Below are positions 26,214 through 39,779 of a stretch of 64,000 nucleotides of DNA, piece after piece. The notes beneath the pieces were generated by a model. The model made no database searches. It had not been told where the DNA came from and worked only from the letters and a program-made list of their open reading frames with translations. Position 1 is the first letter of the stretch; each line of letters starts with the position of its first letter. The stretch is from Octopus vulgaris (Eukaryota). The position numbers were made by a program, and so were the translations under genes. Where the stretch lies: the NCBI GenBank assembly GCA_951406725.2, contig OX597814.1, positions 142,724,001 to 142,788,000 of the forward strand. The letters run 5' to 3'.

Positions 26214-26432
26214 AGGCAGCGAGATGGCAGAAACGTTAGCACGCCGGGCGAAGTGCTTAGCGGCATTCAGTCTGCCGCTACGTTCTAAGTTCAAATTCTG
26301 CCGAAGTTGACTTTGCCTTTCATCCTTTCGGGGTCGATTAAATAAGTACCAGTTACGCACTGGAGTCGATATAGACGACTTAATCCGTTTGTCTGTCCTC
26401 TCTGTGTTTAGCCCCTTGTGGGTAGTAAAAAG
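26214..26432 (+). mobile_element. Meta-type SINE inserted into a CORE-type SINE (~26128-26670)
   Basis: A near-intact Meta-type copy splits the caccttg / aatgttttctactatagcc segment of the host SINE. Confidence 0.8.
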
Positions 26433-26852
26433 AGGAGAATGTTTTCTACTATAGCCCAGGGCAGCCCAATGCCTTGTGAGTGAATTTGGTAAATGGGAAC
26501 AATAGGAAGCACATTGTGGGGAAGTATATTCACATTTGTATGTGAGTGTGTGTACGCATCTGCATGAATGAGCATTAATGTTGATATTCCACAAATTTGC
26601 AAGAACAGGAAGAGCATCCTTCCATGTATTACTGCCTCAATAAACTTTGCCCAATCCATGCTAGCATGGAGGGGAGGGGAACTGGATATAGGCACGAGCG
26701 GGGCTGTGTGCTAAGAAGCTTGCATCCCAGCCACATGGTTCTGGGTTCAGTCCCTTTGTGTCTTCTACAATAGCCTCAAGCCAACCAAAGCCTTGTGAGT
26801 GGGACTTGATAGATGGAAACTGAAAGAAGCCACTTGTATGTATGTATATGTA

Positions 26853-26916
<64 letters not shown>

Positions 26917-27286
26917 TATATATATCATAGCTGTAGCCAGTGATCCCTGACTGGCTCCCATGCCAGTGGCACATAAAAAGCACCATCTGAACGTGGTCAA
27001 TACCAGATCTGCCTGACTGGCTCCTGTGCCAGTGGCATGTAAAAAGCACCCGCTACACTCTCGGAGTGGTTGGCGCTAGGAAGGGCATCTAGATGTAGAA
27101 ACTTTGCTAGATAAGATTGGAGCCTGGTGCAGCCACTGGCTCTCCAGGCCTCAGTCAAACCATCCAACCCATGCCAGCATGGAAAACGGCTGTTAAACAA
27201 TGATGATGATATATATATGTGCGTGTGTCTTTATATCTGTGTTGTCCCTACCACCACCACTTTACAACCAGCACTGGTGTGTTTAC

Positions 27287-27558
27287 AACTCCTACTCCAG
27301 AGCGTCGGCTGCGGGGTCACTCCGAAAAGCTCTATCTGCAACGGTTTCATCTCAAACGAAGGAGAGGGGCTTTCTCCGTCCGGGTTGCGGGTCCGTGGAA
27401 TAAGCTGCCGGACGAGATAGTGAAGATGCCGACGACCACTCGGTTCAAAGTCTCCCTTGACCTCTTTACATGATCACCACCCTGTACATAACTCCATGTC
27501 CCCCTACATGGCCTTGCTTTTTGCTTTTTGAACCAAAAAATTAACTAACTAACTAACT
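27287..27558 (+). mobile_element. CR1 LINE, 5'-truncated young 3' end
   Basis: ERRLRGHSEKLYLQRFHLKRRRGAFSVRVAGPWNKLPDEIVKMPTTTRFKVSLDLFT* matches the CR1 C-terminus (RGH..KL...FS.RV...WN.LP...V.....FK..LD). CpGs are intact and it has an (AACT)n tail. It splits gtttac|atccctgtaac of a SINE. Confidence 0.88.
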
Positions 27559-28490
27559 ATCCCTGTAACTTAGCAGTTTGGCAAAAGTGACTGATAGAAA
27601 AGTACCATGCTTTAAAGAAAATAATAAAAAATAAGTATTGGGATCGATTCAATCAACTAAAAATTCTTCAAGATGATGCCCTAGCATGGCCACAGTCTAA
27701 TGACTGAAACAAGTAAAAGATAAAAGATAATAATAATGATAATATATAAACTATTCAAAAGCCAATAATCCTGCAACAACCACCAGGTATTATAATTCCT
27801 TGCAGACAGACGTTAATCAAACCTGAAGAATCCTTTGATCTCATTTATGCTTTCAATTTTCTTCTTTTTTTTTTTCCCCTAAAGGAGTTTAATACGTGAA
27901 GCATCAAGAATTATTATTATAAGCTGTAAGTGTTAGAGGGTTAAAGTTGTTTAGAGTCCTTTCTAATCATGTCTAGCAATCAAATAAAATCATTAAAATG
28001 TATAATTAATTAAGAAATAGTGGGTTTCCCAGCAGCAAAGGTGTATAATATACTGGTTTGAAAAATGTGAATGGATAAAAAGCAAAAAGAAAACAATACA
28101 CAACATGTTGGCTGAGTAATTAAGACGGTGCAAGAGTGATCAGTAATCACATCAAAAGTTGTTGAAGGTATTAGAGTACGTCTTCAGGCAAGACATTTCT
28201 CTATTGTCTTAGTTTAAAATATGATTCTGCTCACACACCACAGTTGATTGGTTTAGTATAATTAGAAAAGAAAAAAAAAAAAAAGATAATAATAAAACAG
28301 TGCTTTGAAAAATGTTGCAGACTCATTCACTCAATGAATGCCAGACAGTGAAATAAGATTGGGAAAACAGTTTTGTAAAAAAAAAAAAAAATAAATAAGT
28401 AAATAAATAAAAATAAGAAGGAAAAAAAAAGAAGCTGAAAGCTGAATTATATGTTCACAATCAACCTAGCATTTTAAAGATAGGCATTAA

Positions 28491-28691
28491 CCCATTAGCA
28501 TTCAGACTACTATATCAAATGAAATGCTTATCTATTCATGTTGTTTTGAGTTAATCATGCATTATCTCATAGATTCAAAATTTCAATGATGCAATTGTTT
28601 ATTTTTAGAATGACATTATAAGATAGGTGTAAGGTGCTAGCAACAAGTAGAATATTAGGGCTTGATATGGCCAGTTTACATGCTGAAAGGG
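28491..28691. mobile_element. piggyBac-type MITE
   Basis: TTAA|cccattagc...gctgaaaggg|TTAA, same family as 47938-48157 in the opposite orientation. Confidence 0.75.
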
Positions 28692-30374
28692 TTAAAATAT
28701 ACACACATTTTACCTCTTACTTTTTTCAGTCATTTGACTGCCCAGGTTGGAGCATGGCCTTGAAGGGTTTTAGTCAAAACAAATCGACCCCAGGACTAAT
28801 TTTAAAGCTTAGTACTTATTCTATTGGTCTCCTTTGCTGAACTGTTAAGTTACGGGGACATAAACACACCAGCACCAGACACACAGAGATATCTATACAT
28901 ACATACGGGTGTGTGTGTGTATGACTCACAAGGCTTTGGCTTGCCTGAGGCTATAGTAAAAGACACTTGACCAAGGTGCCATGCAGTGGGACTGAACCTG
29001 GAACGATGTGGTTAAGAAGCAAGCTTCTTATCACACAGCCACACCTGTATAATTATCTCCAGATGACACAGACTCCTAAAAATGATGATTAACTCTTTAA
29101 AACAGAGGAGAGACGAATTTCCTCTTGGAAAGGATACAAGTCTACCATCAACAGCATTCCTAGAATATCTGTTTCTTTATAGCAAAGTAAACTGAGATAT
29201 AAAGTTGTCTTGATAACAGACTCAACAAAACATCTAAGGAGGATCTGATCTCATGGTTTATGAATTGGGAGCACAACAAAGCTTTGTTTATTTTTGCCTC
29301 TACTTCAACATCTGCTTGAATCTTCAGTGCATCTATCCTTGTTTATTACAGATTCATTTATCACTAATCCTTGTAAACATCGCACACACAATTGTGAGCT
29401 GTGCTATTCTTATCACAAATTGATCTGTGGTAACACATGTTAGTGATTAGTGAACAGTTTTACTTGGACAGCAGAAGCATGCCACACTAGCCATCCATAA
29501 TGCTAAGGATAACTCAGGAACTTGGAATCATCATCATCATCATCATCATCATTTTACATCCGTTTTCCATGTTAGCATGGGTTGGACGGTTCAACCAGGG
29601 TCTGGTAAGCCATGGAGGCTGCACCAGGCTCTAGTCTGATTTGGCAGTGTTTCTACAGCTGGATGCCCTTCCTAACGCCAACCACTCTGTGAGTATAGTG
29701 GGCATTTTTTACATGTCACTGGCACAGGGGCCAGAACAGGCTGGCAAACGGCCACGATCAGTTGGTGCTTTTATGTGTCACCAATACGGACGCCAGTCAG
29801 GCGGCACTGGCATCTGCCATGTTCGAAACCTATTTTCCATACGTTCTATTATTCCTTTATCACTGATTCTTTTGACACAGTATCTTTTTTTTGGTGGGTG
29901 GGGACCAGACACCCATAATAAACAAGGATATATTAGTTTTGCAGTGTTAGGCTGTTGAAAGACGAAGCCTTACTTCTGGATATTACAGACAAGTAAATGA
30001 ATTGAAAATTGCTGTTGTTTAGCCCTAGGTCAATTCTGAGCAAGCAGAAGATCTAATCAATGATCAATAAGAAGAATCTACCCAGAGACAAATACTTTGG
30101 GCAGACCTTCTCTCTCCCCACCAATCTTGGAGGCCCTACTGAAGAATCATAGACATTACCTTTCCCCTTGACAAAAAAAAAAATTGATAGTATAACTTAG
30201 TTATTTCATGTCAACATGATTAACAAGTTTCCATTTGTTAATAGGGAGGCAGGGATGTTCTGAGTTCAGATAACCAAGGTCAACTTTGCCTTTCGTCCTT
30301 TCAAAGGTCAAAAAAAGGAGTTGGTCTTGTGTCAAAATTAGAAAGAATTATTTGGGGAGCAGGAGTTGCATCTC

Positions 30375-30775
30375 TCTTTTACTCTCTTTTACTTGTTTCA
30401 GTCATTTGACTGCGGCCATGCTGGAGCACCGCCTTTAATCGAGCAACTCGACCCCGGGACTTATTCTTTGTAAGCCCAGTACTTATTCTATCGGTCTCTT
30501 TTTTGCCGAACCGCTAAGTGACGGGGACGTAAACACACCAGCATCGGTTGTCAAGCAATGCTAGGTGAACAAACACAGACACACAAACAAACACATATAT
30601 ATATATATACATATATACGACAGGCTTCTTTCAGTTTCCGTCTACCAAATCCACTCACAAGGCATTGGTCGGCCCGGGGCTATAGCAGAAGACACTTGCC
30701 CAAGATGCCACGCAGTGGGACTGAACCCGGAACCATGTGGCTGGTTAGCAAGCTACTTACCACACAGCCACTCCT
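30375..30775 (-). mobile_element. CORE-type tRNA-derived SINE, near full length, young. Further copies at about 4335, 5235, 14650, 20682, 28715, 33955, 42065, 51280, 54047, 56645 and 60745
   Basis: Minus strand: ggagtggctgtgtggtaag (A box), gggttcagtccc (B box), ggcatcttgggcaagtgtctt (CORE-like), internal (TA)/(TG) tract, and a gactgaaacaagtaaaagag tail. Confidence 0.85.
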
Positions 30776-31442
30776 ATGTAACTTCTTTCAAGAATTCTTA
30801 GACTGCAGTTGACATTCTATGTGAAAACTCTATACTTTGTCAAAGTGGCCTATCTCATCAAAGGGACATAATTCAGCTATCTTCACTATGCTACTAAGCA
30901 CTCAGTAAATGATATAGAGTGGTTGGCATTAGGAAGGGCATCCAGCTGTAGAAACTCTACCAAAGTTGACATCAGAACCCAGCACACCCCTGTGGTTTGC
31001 TAGATCCTATCAAATTATCGAACCCTTATCAGCACGGTTAACAGACATTAAATGATGATGATAATGATTAACACTACATCATCCAATGTGTCTGCTTCTT
31101 TCCCCAGACAGTAAGACGTAATTTGAAAGAGATTAAGCTGCTGCTTCTAGCGGGACGAAGTATTCACACAGAGAGACTAACAAGCTGGTTCATATATTCC
31201 AATGTTGATCGCACTTTTGCTTCCCAGAAGGAAGGTCAACAACCGAAATGTGTTGACACAGAAAGTGTATATAGTCTGCTAAAATGCAATTTTGTCCATG
31301 ATACGAGTTATACGTCATGAAAGATAATCAGAAAATGGGAGGTGTAGCATTTGCAAGCATCTTTGTAACTGGGTGTTGTCCACGGTGCAGGAAGGGTGTA
31401 GCACTGTAAGACTGTTTGTTTCCTCTGATTAAATGAAGTTAA

Positions 31443-31443
<1 letters not shown>

Positions 31444-31488
<45 letters not shown>

Positions 31489-31729
31489 GTAATAATAACA
31501 ACAACAGGATGGTTTTATTTAAGATTAAAATATTCTTATTTAAAAATATATTTTTCGTATAATTTACAATAGCATTAAGAAAAAAGAACACAAACACACA
31601 AAGAAATACAGCAGAGCATGAACACACACACACTAAAAACATATACATACCATACATGCATGCATATATTGCTTGTACATATGCATATACCTACCTACAC
31701 AAATACACAGACAACTGCATATATGTGTA

Positions 31730-31787
<58 letters not shown>

Positions 31788-31960
31788 GACATATATATAT
31801 ATATATACATACACACATATATATATATATACATATATATGTATATATATATATGCATACACACACACATCCATACCATACACACACTGTACACTCATGG
31901 GTGCATATATGTGTGTGTGCATATATATATATATATATATAAACTCAGACAGACACACAC
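31444..31960. repeat. (AAT)n followed by compound (TA)/(CA) microsatellites
   Basis: Directly visible. Source of the poly-Leu and IYIY ORFs. Confidence 0.9.
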
Positions 31961-32266
31961 GCACACACGTTTAAATGAAATCCAATCTCCAAATACATGT
32001 AAACATATGACAAGTAAACAAGAATTTACTGCGTATTTTGTCTAGCAACAGATATGGCTGGCGTGAAAAACACTGCTGACAAATTGGACATAATGCAACT
32101 GCTGCATTAAATATGGCATTCCAACTAACTGAAATCGGCATATCTTTGGAATGTTGAATAAATGTCACCATAACTTTTACAAGTTAGAAACGACTTGAAC
32201 CTTGAACCACTCTCACATTGATTATCACCAGACAGAAAAACCTGCCATTCTTCTATCCTTACTTGC

Positions 32267-32299
<33 letters not shown>

Positions 32300-32821
32300 T
32301 ACTATGATTATTATCATTATTATTACTAATTTATTTATTTAGCAATCGTTTATGCACAACATAGCAACAGACAAGTAAGTGGAATCGTAAAACATTTGTA
32401 ATCTTTCACAGGATTGCTTACAAGTATTTGTTTTTAACAAAGACACAAGGCCTGATGTTGTGTTGTCGGGGAGGGATGAGGTACAGGAGAAACAGTCGCT
32501 TATATCAACCCTCCGGAGAAATGAAAGGCAGTGCTTGATGCTCTAGTGATCCTGCCAAGTTCTCTAAACACAATGCATATTCACGAGAACAAATTTGTTA
32601 CGCAATATGTACATACATACACACACACACATGGGCTGACCCATATTTTTGAAGTGAAATTCAATAGACGGAAACTGTAAGGAAGCTCACGTGGTATAGA
32701 CTGTATTTGTAATTCAATAGGCACAACCGTATTAGATAATTATGTTAAGGGGGAAACATAAGTGCACTTGCACTTAATCGAAGAGCAGCATCATTTGTGT
32801 GTCTGTGTGTGTGTGTATACA

Positions 32822-33297
32822 CAGGATGCGGTGAATAAACTGTTGTCTAAATTACGCAAAAATGAAAATAATGCTGACATCTCATTTTAACAGATATATT
32901 TACCAAAATTACAGAAAAATATCTTGAAATACTAAAGGGTAAATTTATTCAATAAAATAGCCACTGGCTTCAACCACAGCCTCCTGACAACTTTGGAATC
33001 TCCTGCAACTCTTCTGGATGGTCTCCTTGTTTAAGTTGGTCAATACTGCCATATTTGCCTTCAGTTCATTTTGAGTGTGTGCTATAAGGCACCTCAACTG
33101 TGCCCCACGTATAATGGTTAAGGGGGTTGCAGTCTGGGGAATCAGGTGGCCAGATGTTAGGGGTGATGTGGTTACAGAAATTGTCAGCCATGACTGAGTT
33201 CTCCTGCTTGTGTGGTATGATGCAAAGTTCTCTTTCCAGACATAGGATTTTTCAGTAGCCACCCTCTTCATCCAGGGCAGCACTACCTCCTCCAGTA
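32822..33297 (-). mobile_element. Tc1/mariner-superfamily transposon 3' remnant (maT/DD37D-like)
   Basis: Frameshifted HTSRRTQSWL...IWPPDSPDCNPLNHYTWG...ELKA...CRRFQSCQEAVVEASGYFIE*, with a terminal caggatgcgg end at 32822. Confidence 0.8.
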
Positions 33298-33573
33298 ATA
33301 TTTTTCTTTATATAATTTTTTAAAATCATTTTTATTAAACTCCCTCTTAAATTGAAATGTTATAGACATACTTCTGTGCTAATTCCACCTCCATTTTTTA
33401 TACCTAAAAATTTGATTTGTATAGATCTCTAATCCTTTTTCAATCTATACTACTAGTATATTCTTAGCTACAATAGCGACAACATGGATTTTTGCTATCT
33501 CCTTGCTCTATTAGAGTATTTGAGTAAAATTATATTAATGTGTCCAACTGATTAAAATTCAATTTATTTATTT

Positions 33574-33662
33574 GTGCAGCTGAAGATAAGCTTTGCATTT
33601 AAACTGATGTAATGATTGTACTGTTCAATTAAATTGAGCCACTGGAAACAGTTGTACTGCAT
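33574..33662 (+). other. Type I hammerhead-like motif, probably a Penelope pLTR remnant
   Basis: gtgcag-CTGAAGA...GAAAC-agtt-GTA-ctgcat: 6-bp helix I and both core boxes intact, helix II decayed. Confidence 0.5.
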
Positions 33663-33909
33663 CACTTCTTGATATCCTGTTGCTTATTTTGATTTTATTC
33701 ACCTTACTTTGAGTTGTTGACTGCCATGACACTGCATCCTTTAAGGCCCTCATGCTTTCCGAAATCCGCCGAAACTACACCTGATTATATATACACTTTA
33801 GAAGAGTTGTAGTGCACCTGAGCACTGTACACAATTATTATTATTATTGTACGGATAATACTGCACTGACTTGGTGCTTCAACTTAAGTACCTAATTCAA
33901 ATGAATCTC

Positions 33910-33952
<43 letters not shown>

Positions 33953-36900
33953 CTCTGTTACACATTTCAGACATTTGACTGCAGCCGTTCTGGAGTCAAA
34001 GAAATCGACCCCAGGACTTATTCTTTGTAAGCCTAGTACTTAATCTATTGGTCTCTTTTGCTGAACCCCTAAGTTTCGGGGACATAAACATACCAACATC
34101 GGTTGTCAAGTAATGGTGAGGGGATAAATAAGCACACACACACACATACATATATATATACACAACGGGCTTCTTTCAGGTTCTCTTTACCAAATCCACT
34201 CGATTTGAGGCTATAGATAGAAGGCACTTGCCCAAGGTGTTGCGCAGTGGGACTGAACCCCGATCCATGTGGTTGGGAAGTAAGCTTCTTACCACACAGC
34301 CACCCCTGCGCCTATAAACACGAAATATGACGGGAATGTAAAAGATTGACCGAATCGAATATGTAAACGTTTCAAAATAAGTGTATTATGCATCAGCCGC
34401 AAACTTTTAGTATTTTTTACTTTCAAAACTGTCTTCCGATTTCTAAGTTTTCGACATTGGAGATTCCGTCTCTTATACGTCATTACATGCTGAATATTTG
34501 TTCTGATCTTGTTTAACCCCTGTTGTGGGATACAAACGTCTCCATTCAAAAATGTCTGTTTTGAAAACTTTCATTAAAACAATCGTATTTTTATTTCCCT
34601 TTTCTTATGAGTTACTTTGTTTCCTAATAAGAAATGCCCTATTTTCAACAATGCTAGCTTAATAAGTTAATTAAATGTTAACGCGGTGCTGAGAAATGAA
34701 AACAGAAGCCTACAATAACCTATTTCAAAGTATTTACTGATTCGTTTCGGTAATTCAAGTCGATTAAAAAATTTTTTTTTTTTTTTACATTTCCTGCATA
34801 TTGGCGGTTACTTTTAATTATGTCGCTTCCTCAAAAGAAAACGCCAAACTGTTTTGATTGTCAGATTCTTTAAAAACACATAACAAATCAGAGGAACAAC
34901 ATACATTTCAACTTCAAAGTGAGACGAGTGTGATAGTAAAAAAAATTATCCAATATTCTTTGGACTGAAGGAGAACAACAGGAAATCGTTTAACTGATGC
35001 AAACATCGGTTTATATTAGGTACGTCAGAAATGTCTAGGGTTGTAATTTGTAGAACAAAAATAAACGTATCCTTTTGATTTTCGTCAAAGTCCAGATCGT
35101 AAAACTTTCGATCTTAGAAATCGGAAGACAGTTTTGAAAATGAAAACTCGAGCGACCAGTGTGTTTAACATGCCACTCACATTAAGGTATGTTTAACTTA
35201 AGCTCAAAGGTTCCTTTTGCTTAGCAGCTGCAGATGAGGGTTTTTTGCACACAAAAACAGTAATTTGGCAGAAGCGGGTAGTCGAATCCAGTGCTCAATT
35301 GATATTTAGTTATCGACTCCAAAAGGATATAAGGCAAAATCGACCTCAACGACCTCGGCCGAATTTGATTTCAGAACGTAAATGACGGACGAAACATTTT
35401 TCCCGGCGTGCGAACGATTCTCCTAGTAATAAAAAAATAAAACCAGTTGTTGTGCCTTTATTGACAAACTGACCTTAAGGTATAACATCTGTTTCGACAC
35501 ACGATTTAATCTTAAAATATTTTCTTGAAGCCAAAAGCTTAATATCAAAATTACATAAATTTCAGTTTATTGCCTCCCCTGATTCTTCTAGGGACCTTTA
35601 TTGTTGATGAATGCATTCATTGAATTTCTACAGGAATTCAATGTAATTTCTAGAACTATAAATGTAGTTTATAATGAGGTAATAATAGTATTGCAGAAAC
35701 ACTGCAGTTGATGCTGTTATATATTCTTGAAACACCAGTGATCTAAAAGATTTGTAGGGAGCAACATCATTATAATCTAGGTGAAAATAGTGAAGTGCCG
35801 TTGAATGAGACCTTCATACCCAAACGAAAATATCATAGAACGAAAAACTAGCATGTCTCTTTTTTTTTCAATTCTGAAGTTATCGAAAAAAGAAGACTTC
35901 CAGGCTTTTAACGTATTGATATTTTGAAGGGATTTAGTAAATAAATATACTACTTTTGCTCTGTGCGTGCGTGTGTGTGTGTGTTATTCTTGTATAGGAT
36001 ATCTTCATGTTTTTATGAGATTTTGTTTCCTACTACCCAGATAAATTTTAAGCCATATCGGAACCCATCATTCCTTTGTTTCCACGCATACTGGAACTAT
36101 ATGGTTCTTCCCTCGTTTAATCTGGAATATCTTTTCTAATTTATCATTTTCTGTATTCTTTGCTTGTCTTCTCAAGAATAAAACAGATGGGCAGGGTATC
36201 GTCATTTAAACTTAAATATGAATGTGTAAAAAGTACGACCGGTGTTCTGGAGTATAAAAATGGTTATTCTTCGATATTTGTCTCTAAAACAGTATAGTCG
36301 TCATTTTTACATTTTAAATATGGAATATTCCTTTTCTAAATTATATCAATCTCAAAATATCCAGTTGAAGTATTGGCCCCAGAAAGAAATTAAATGTTTA
36401 TACGCACACACACACAAGATGACAAAAATATGGCATTTTAGTTTTATACAAATTTTATATAGCTTTAATAAGATTTGGTAGAAATGTAAAAGATGGTGCA
36501 TTTGTATAATTGCAAGATATATATATATATATATATGCACACACACACAAATTTTCATACCCACGGAAAGAGTACCCATCTTTAAAAAATAAAGATAATA
36601 GTCTATATTAGTTAATTCGTTTTGTTTTTTTTTGTAAAATCGTTGCCAAAAGTCTAAGGTCAGGTTGTCATAAACAATATTCTCAAGTACTCCCACCCCT
36701 CCGCAAATAATAATGATAAGAAAAAGGGGAAATTATATAAATTTACTTATTAATGACTTAATAGTCTTAATTTATATAATGAAAAAAGTTTCGAATCTTT
36801 TCGCTTTGACCGGCAGATTTTTAAAATAATTTCTTTGTAACGTTTCCATTTGGAAAGTTCAGAGTAACATTATCACAGTATAAAATATCCATAGATTTTA

Positions 36901-38834
36901 TAAAGGAGAGAAGAGTGGGCAAAGAAGAAGGACAAAACGAACAAAGGACAACGAAAGCAAGGAAGATGACGATGGCGGTAGTGATGGGGAAAAAAATAAT
37001 AAATGGTAGTATGTTATTCTTTTTTAAAATATTTTCTTCATCTTTGCAATTTATGTGTTTATAATCATTATAAAAAAAAAAAAACAACGTTATCTTAGAG
37101 TAAAACCAAATTTAGAACTTAATATGTGATGGGGACATGGAGACAGGGAGCATCTACACCGGAAAACGAACTACTAGAAACCGCAGTAACGTTCCCTTCA
37201 AATCATTCCTAACTGTAATTATAAAAAAAAAAAAAAAAAAAAAAGAAGGATGTATTGTATAAGGTGATTATGGATACACTACACCTAAAAAATATTAAAA
37301 TATAGGATGGGCACGGCAGGAACATTTGTTCGTACTCGATTACAACTGTTAAGGGGCTAACGAATAAAAGATTTTGAATATTCCTCCATTGAGTATTTCT
37401 ATAATTCATAATTAGATATTTTACACATCGTATTCTTTCTATTGCATTATAAGAAGTCTTGAACATCAAGTCAAATTATCACAGCTTGTATATGAACCAT
37501 TATAAATTTGTCAGCCACTCAAGCAGTTGATATTCGCCGTTGTAAGCCAATAAAGGGGCCCTTATGTGGTCGCTTGATCTGCCAAATAAAATGCAGCCAA
37601 AACCCCTTAACTCACGCCTTACTATCTTAAAACTGAGTAAGGGTAGTCTTGAATTTACAGACATGGTAGAAAAAAAAAAAGTGACGAGATAGTGACAGTC
37701 GAAATGCATTGTGCTCGATCAGAGCTGACCTGGGGTTAAACAACAACAACCATTGTTTCGAGGCTTCTATAGAATTATGAAAAGAAATAATACACGGTTT
37801 TGTTTCTCTTGTTTTGACCTCTCCATAAGCTATTGAAATTTTCCTTGAACTTAAAAATAGTTACTAAAAATAGGAGAAAATGGAAAAGAATAGACAAAAG
37901 TAAAAATTGTCAAGAACACAAAAATCAGTTTTAAGGATTTCTTTGTAGACTACAAGCAACATATTGTCTATGAAAGTTAGTTCAATTACTTCATAAAAGA
38001 ATTTAAAACCTTATAAATTAAATCTTTCACATTCTGGTTTAGAAGAATATTAAATCAAAAATAACCCCACTTACCATCTACCTTTCTAAGACAGAACATC
38101 AGGCCAAACAGCATGTTACTATATTCTCCTTCTCTACTAATTCAGTCACATCAAATATATTTCATAAAAATTATATATAAATATATGAAAATAATTCTCT
38201 ATTATGTCTTTATGAGAAATATTCAACACCATCCCCTTTATTGTTGCCTTGAGCTGTATGTCATGTAATACACTGAAAATATTTCCCTGCCATCCATGCA
38301 TCATATGATACACATCCCCTACTCTTATCTTCCTTTTTCTCAACCACCAGAGTAACTTGGCACTTATGAAAGGAAACCATATATACTTAGAAAGTATAAA
38401 ACAAGACCTAACTAAAATTCTCAAAAAAAAAAAAAAAAAAAAGCATGGATGTTTAGGATAAGCTTATGAAACTGCTTTGGACAGGCAAAGAGTCAATGTC
38501 CATTTTTCTATTATGAGTTGGGCTTCATATAACCGGAGCTCAGTACATCTCCATTCCACTTGGTTCTGTCGTATAATTTCTGAAGTTCAGCATCTTGAGA
38601 TCTAACCTCATCTCTCTCTCTCAGTACACATCAGTTTCCCACTCACTTCCAGAAAGTGTTGTCCATATCTATATTGGTTGACCGGTCAACAGAGAGGCCC
38701 TCTATGTGGTTACTCAATCTGCTAAAAAAAAGTAACCAAATTCCACCTCAAATTACATCTACTGGATAAAAAAAATGGATACATTAGATAATTAGGAAGG
38801 ATACATTAGATAATTCAATCATATAATCCTAGAG

Positions 38835-39277
38835 CAGTGATTCTTAAACATTTTTTTGTAGACCCAACCCTTTATGAAGTTGTTATGCCAAGCAGCCACC
38901 TAAATGTTAAGTGCAGTATCATGACCGAATTAACTTAAAATGAATGATAATTTATAAATTTTACTCTAAAACTGGATAGTATAAGCTTTTAACAGTGAAA
39001 TGATAAAAAGACTGATAAAGACTAAAGTTGTTAATTAACTTTATACATTGCAAGTTAATGACTTCCTTGTGCCTGATGAGATCTCATTTTATTTTAATGA
39101 TCATTAAAAATACACATGATAAAAGTAATCGTTTTATCATGTATGGTGTAATTACTACTATAGGTAACACTTAGTATGTTGTTACCTCATAACTCCCTAA
39201 AGACTAACATTCCCTTCAACATGCCCAGTGCTCCCTTGTGGTGGTGGTGGTGGTACTACCCATGTTGAGAACCTCTG
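38835..39277. mobile_element. hAT (Charlie-like) non-autonomous element
   Basis: cagtgattcttaaac...gttgagaacctctg ends, with a degenerate 8-bp TSD tcctagag / tcctcgat. Confidence 0.65.
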
Positions 39278-39779
39278 TCCTCGATTAAATACAGGATGGG
39301 CATAGATGAAACAGTAGTGTGACTGGGTGAGGCCAGAGCAATGCTTTAATCAAAGCAGCACTTTTGGGTCTGCTTTATAAGCTTAGGGTTCGAGGGAAAG
39401 GGGATGCAAACTCAAGGGTTGTTCCAAGCAGCACACATTTCAGCCACACAAATGAGCTTAAGTACTTTTAATAACGTCTGCTAAATTAGGGTTGACCTGG
39501 GGTAAGACAAATGCCAGTAACAACACTTCTCTTGCACATGTAACTGAAAGCATCAAACTGGTAGAGTTGTTAAAGTGTTGGCTAGACTAACTCACAGTAT
39601 TTGTTCTAACTCTTTGCTCTGAACTAAAATCCCAGCAAAATCAAGTTTGCCTTTTATTCTTTCAGGGTCAATAAAAAAAAAAAGTACCAAGCCAGGATGG
39701 TTGATTGACGTAACTGTTAAATGATTGGGCAAGATGCCTTATGGTATCTTTTCTGGCTCCTTATGTTCTGACCACAATG

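Noticed and set aside
30700-30775. tRNA gene
   Set aside because: The A/B boxes belong to SINE heads, followed by SINE body with no complete cloverleaf.
31618-32045. IYIY/HTHT/CVCV ORF clusters here and at 14.5-15.1, 60.3-60.7 and 61.9-64 kb
   Set aside because: Dinucleotide microsatellites lack stop codons.
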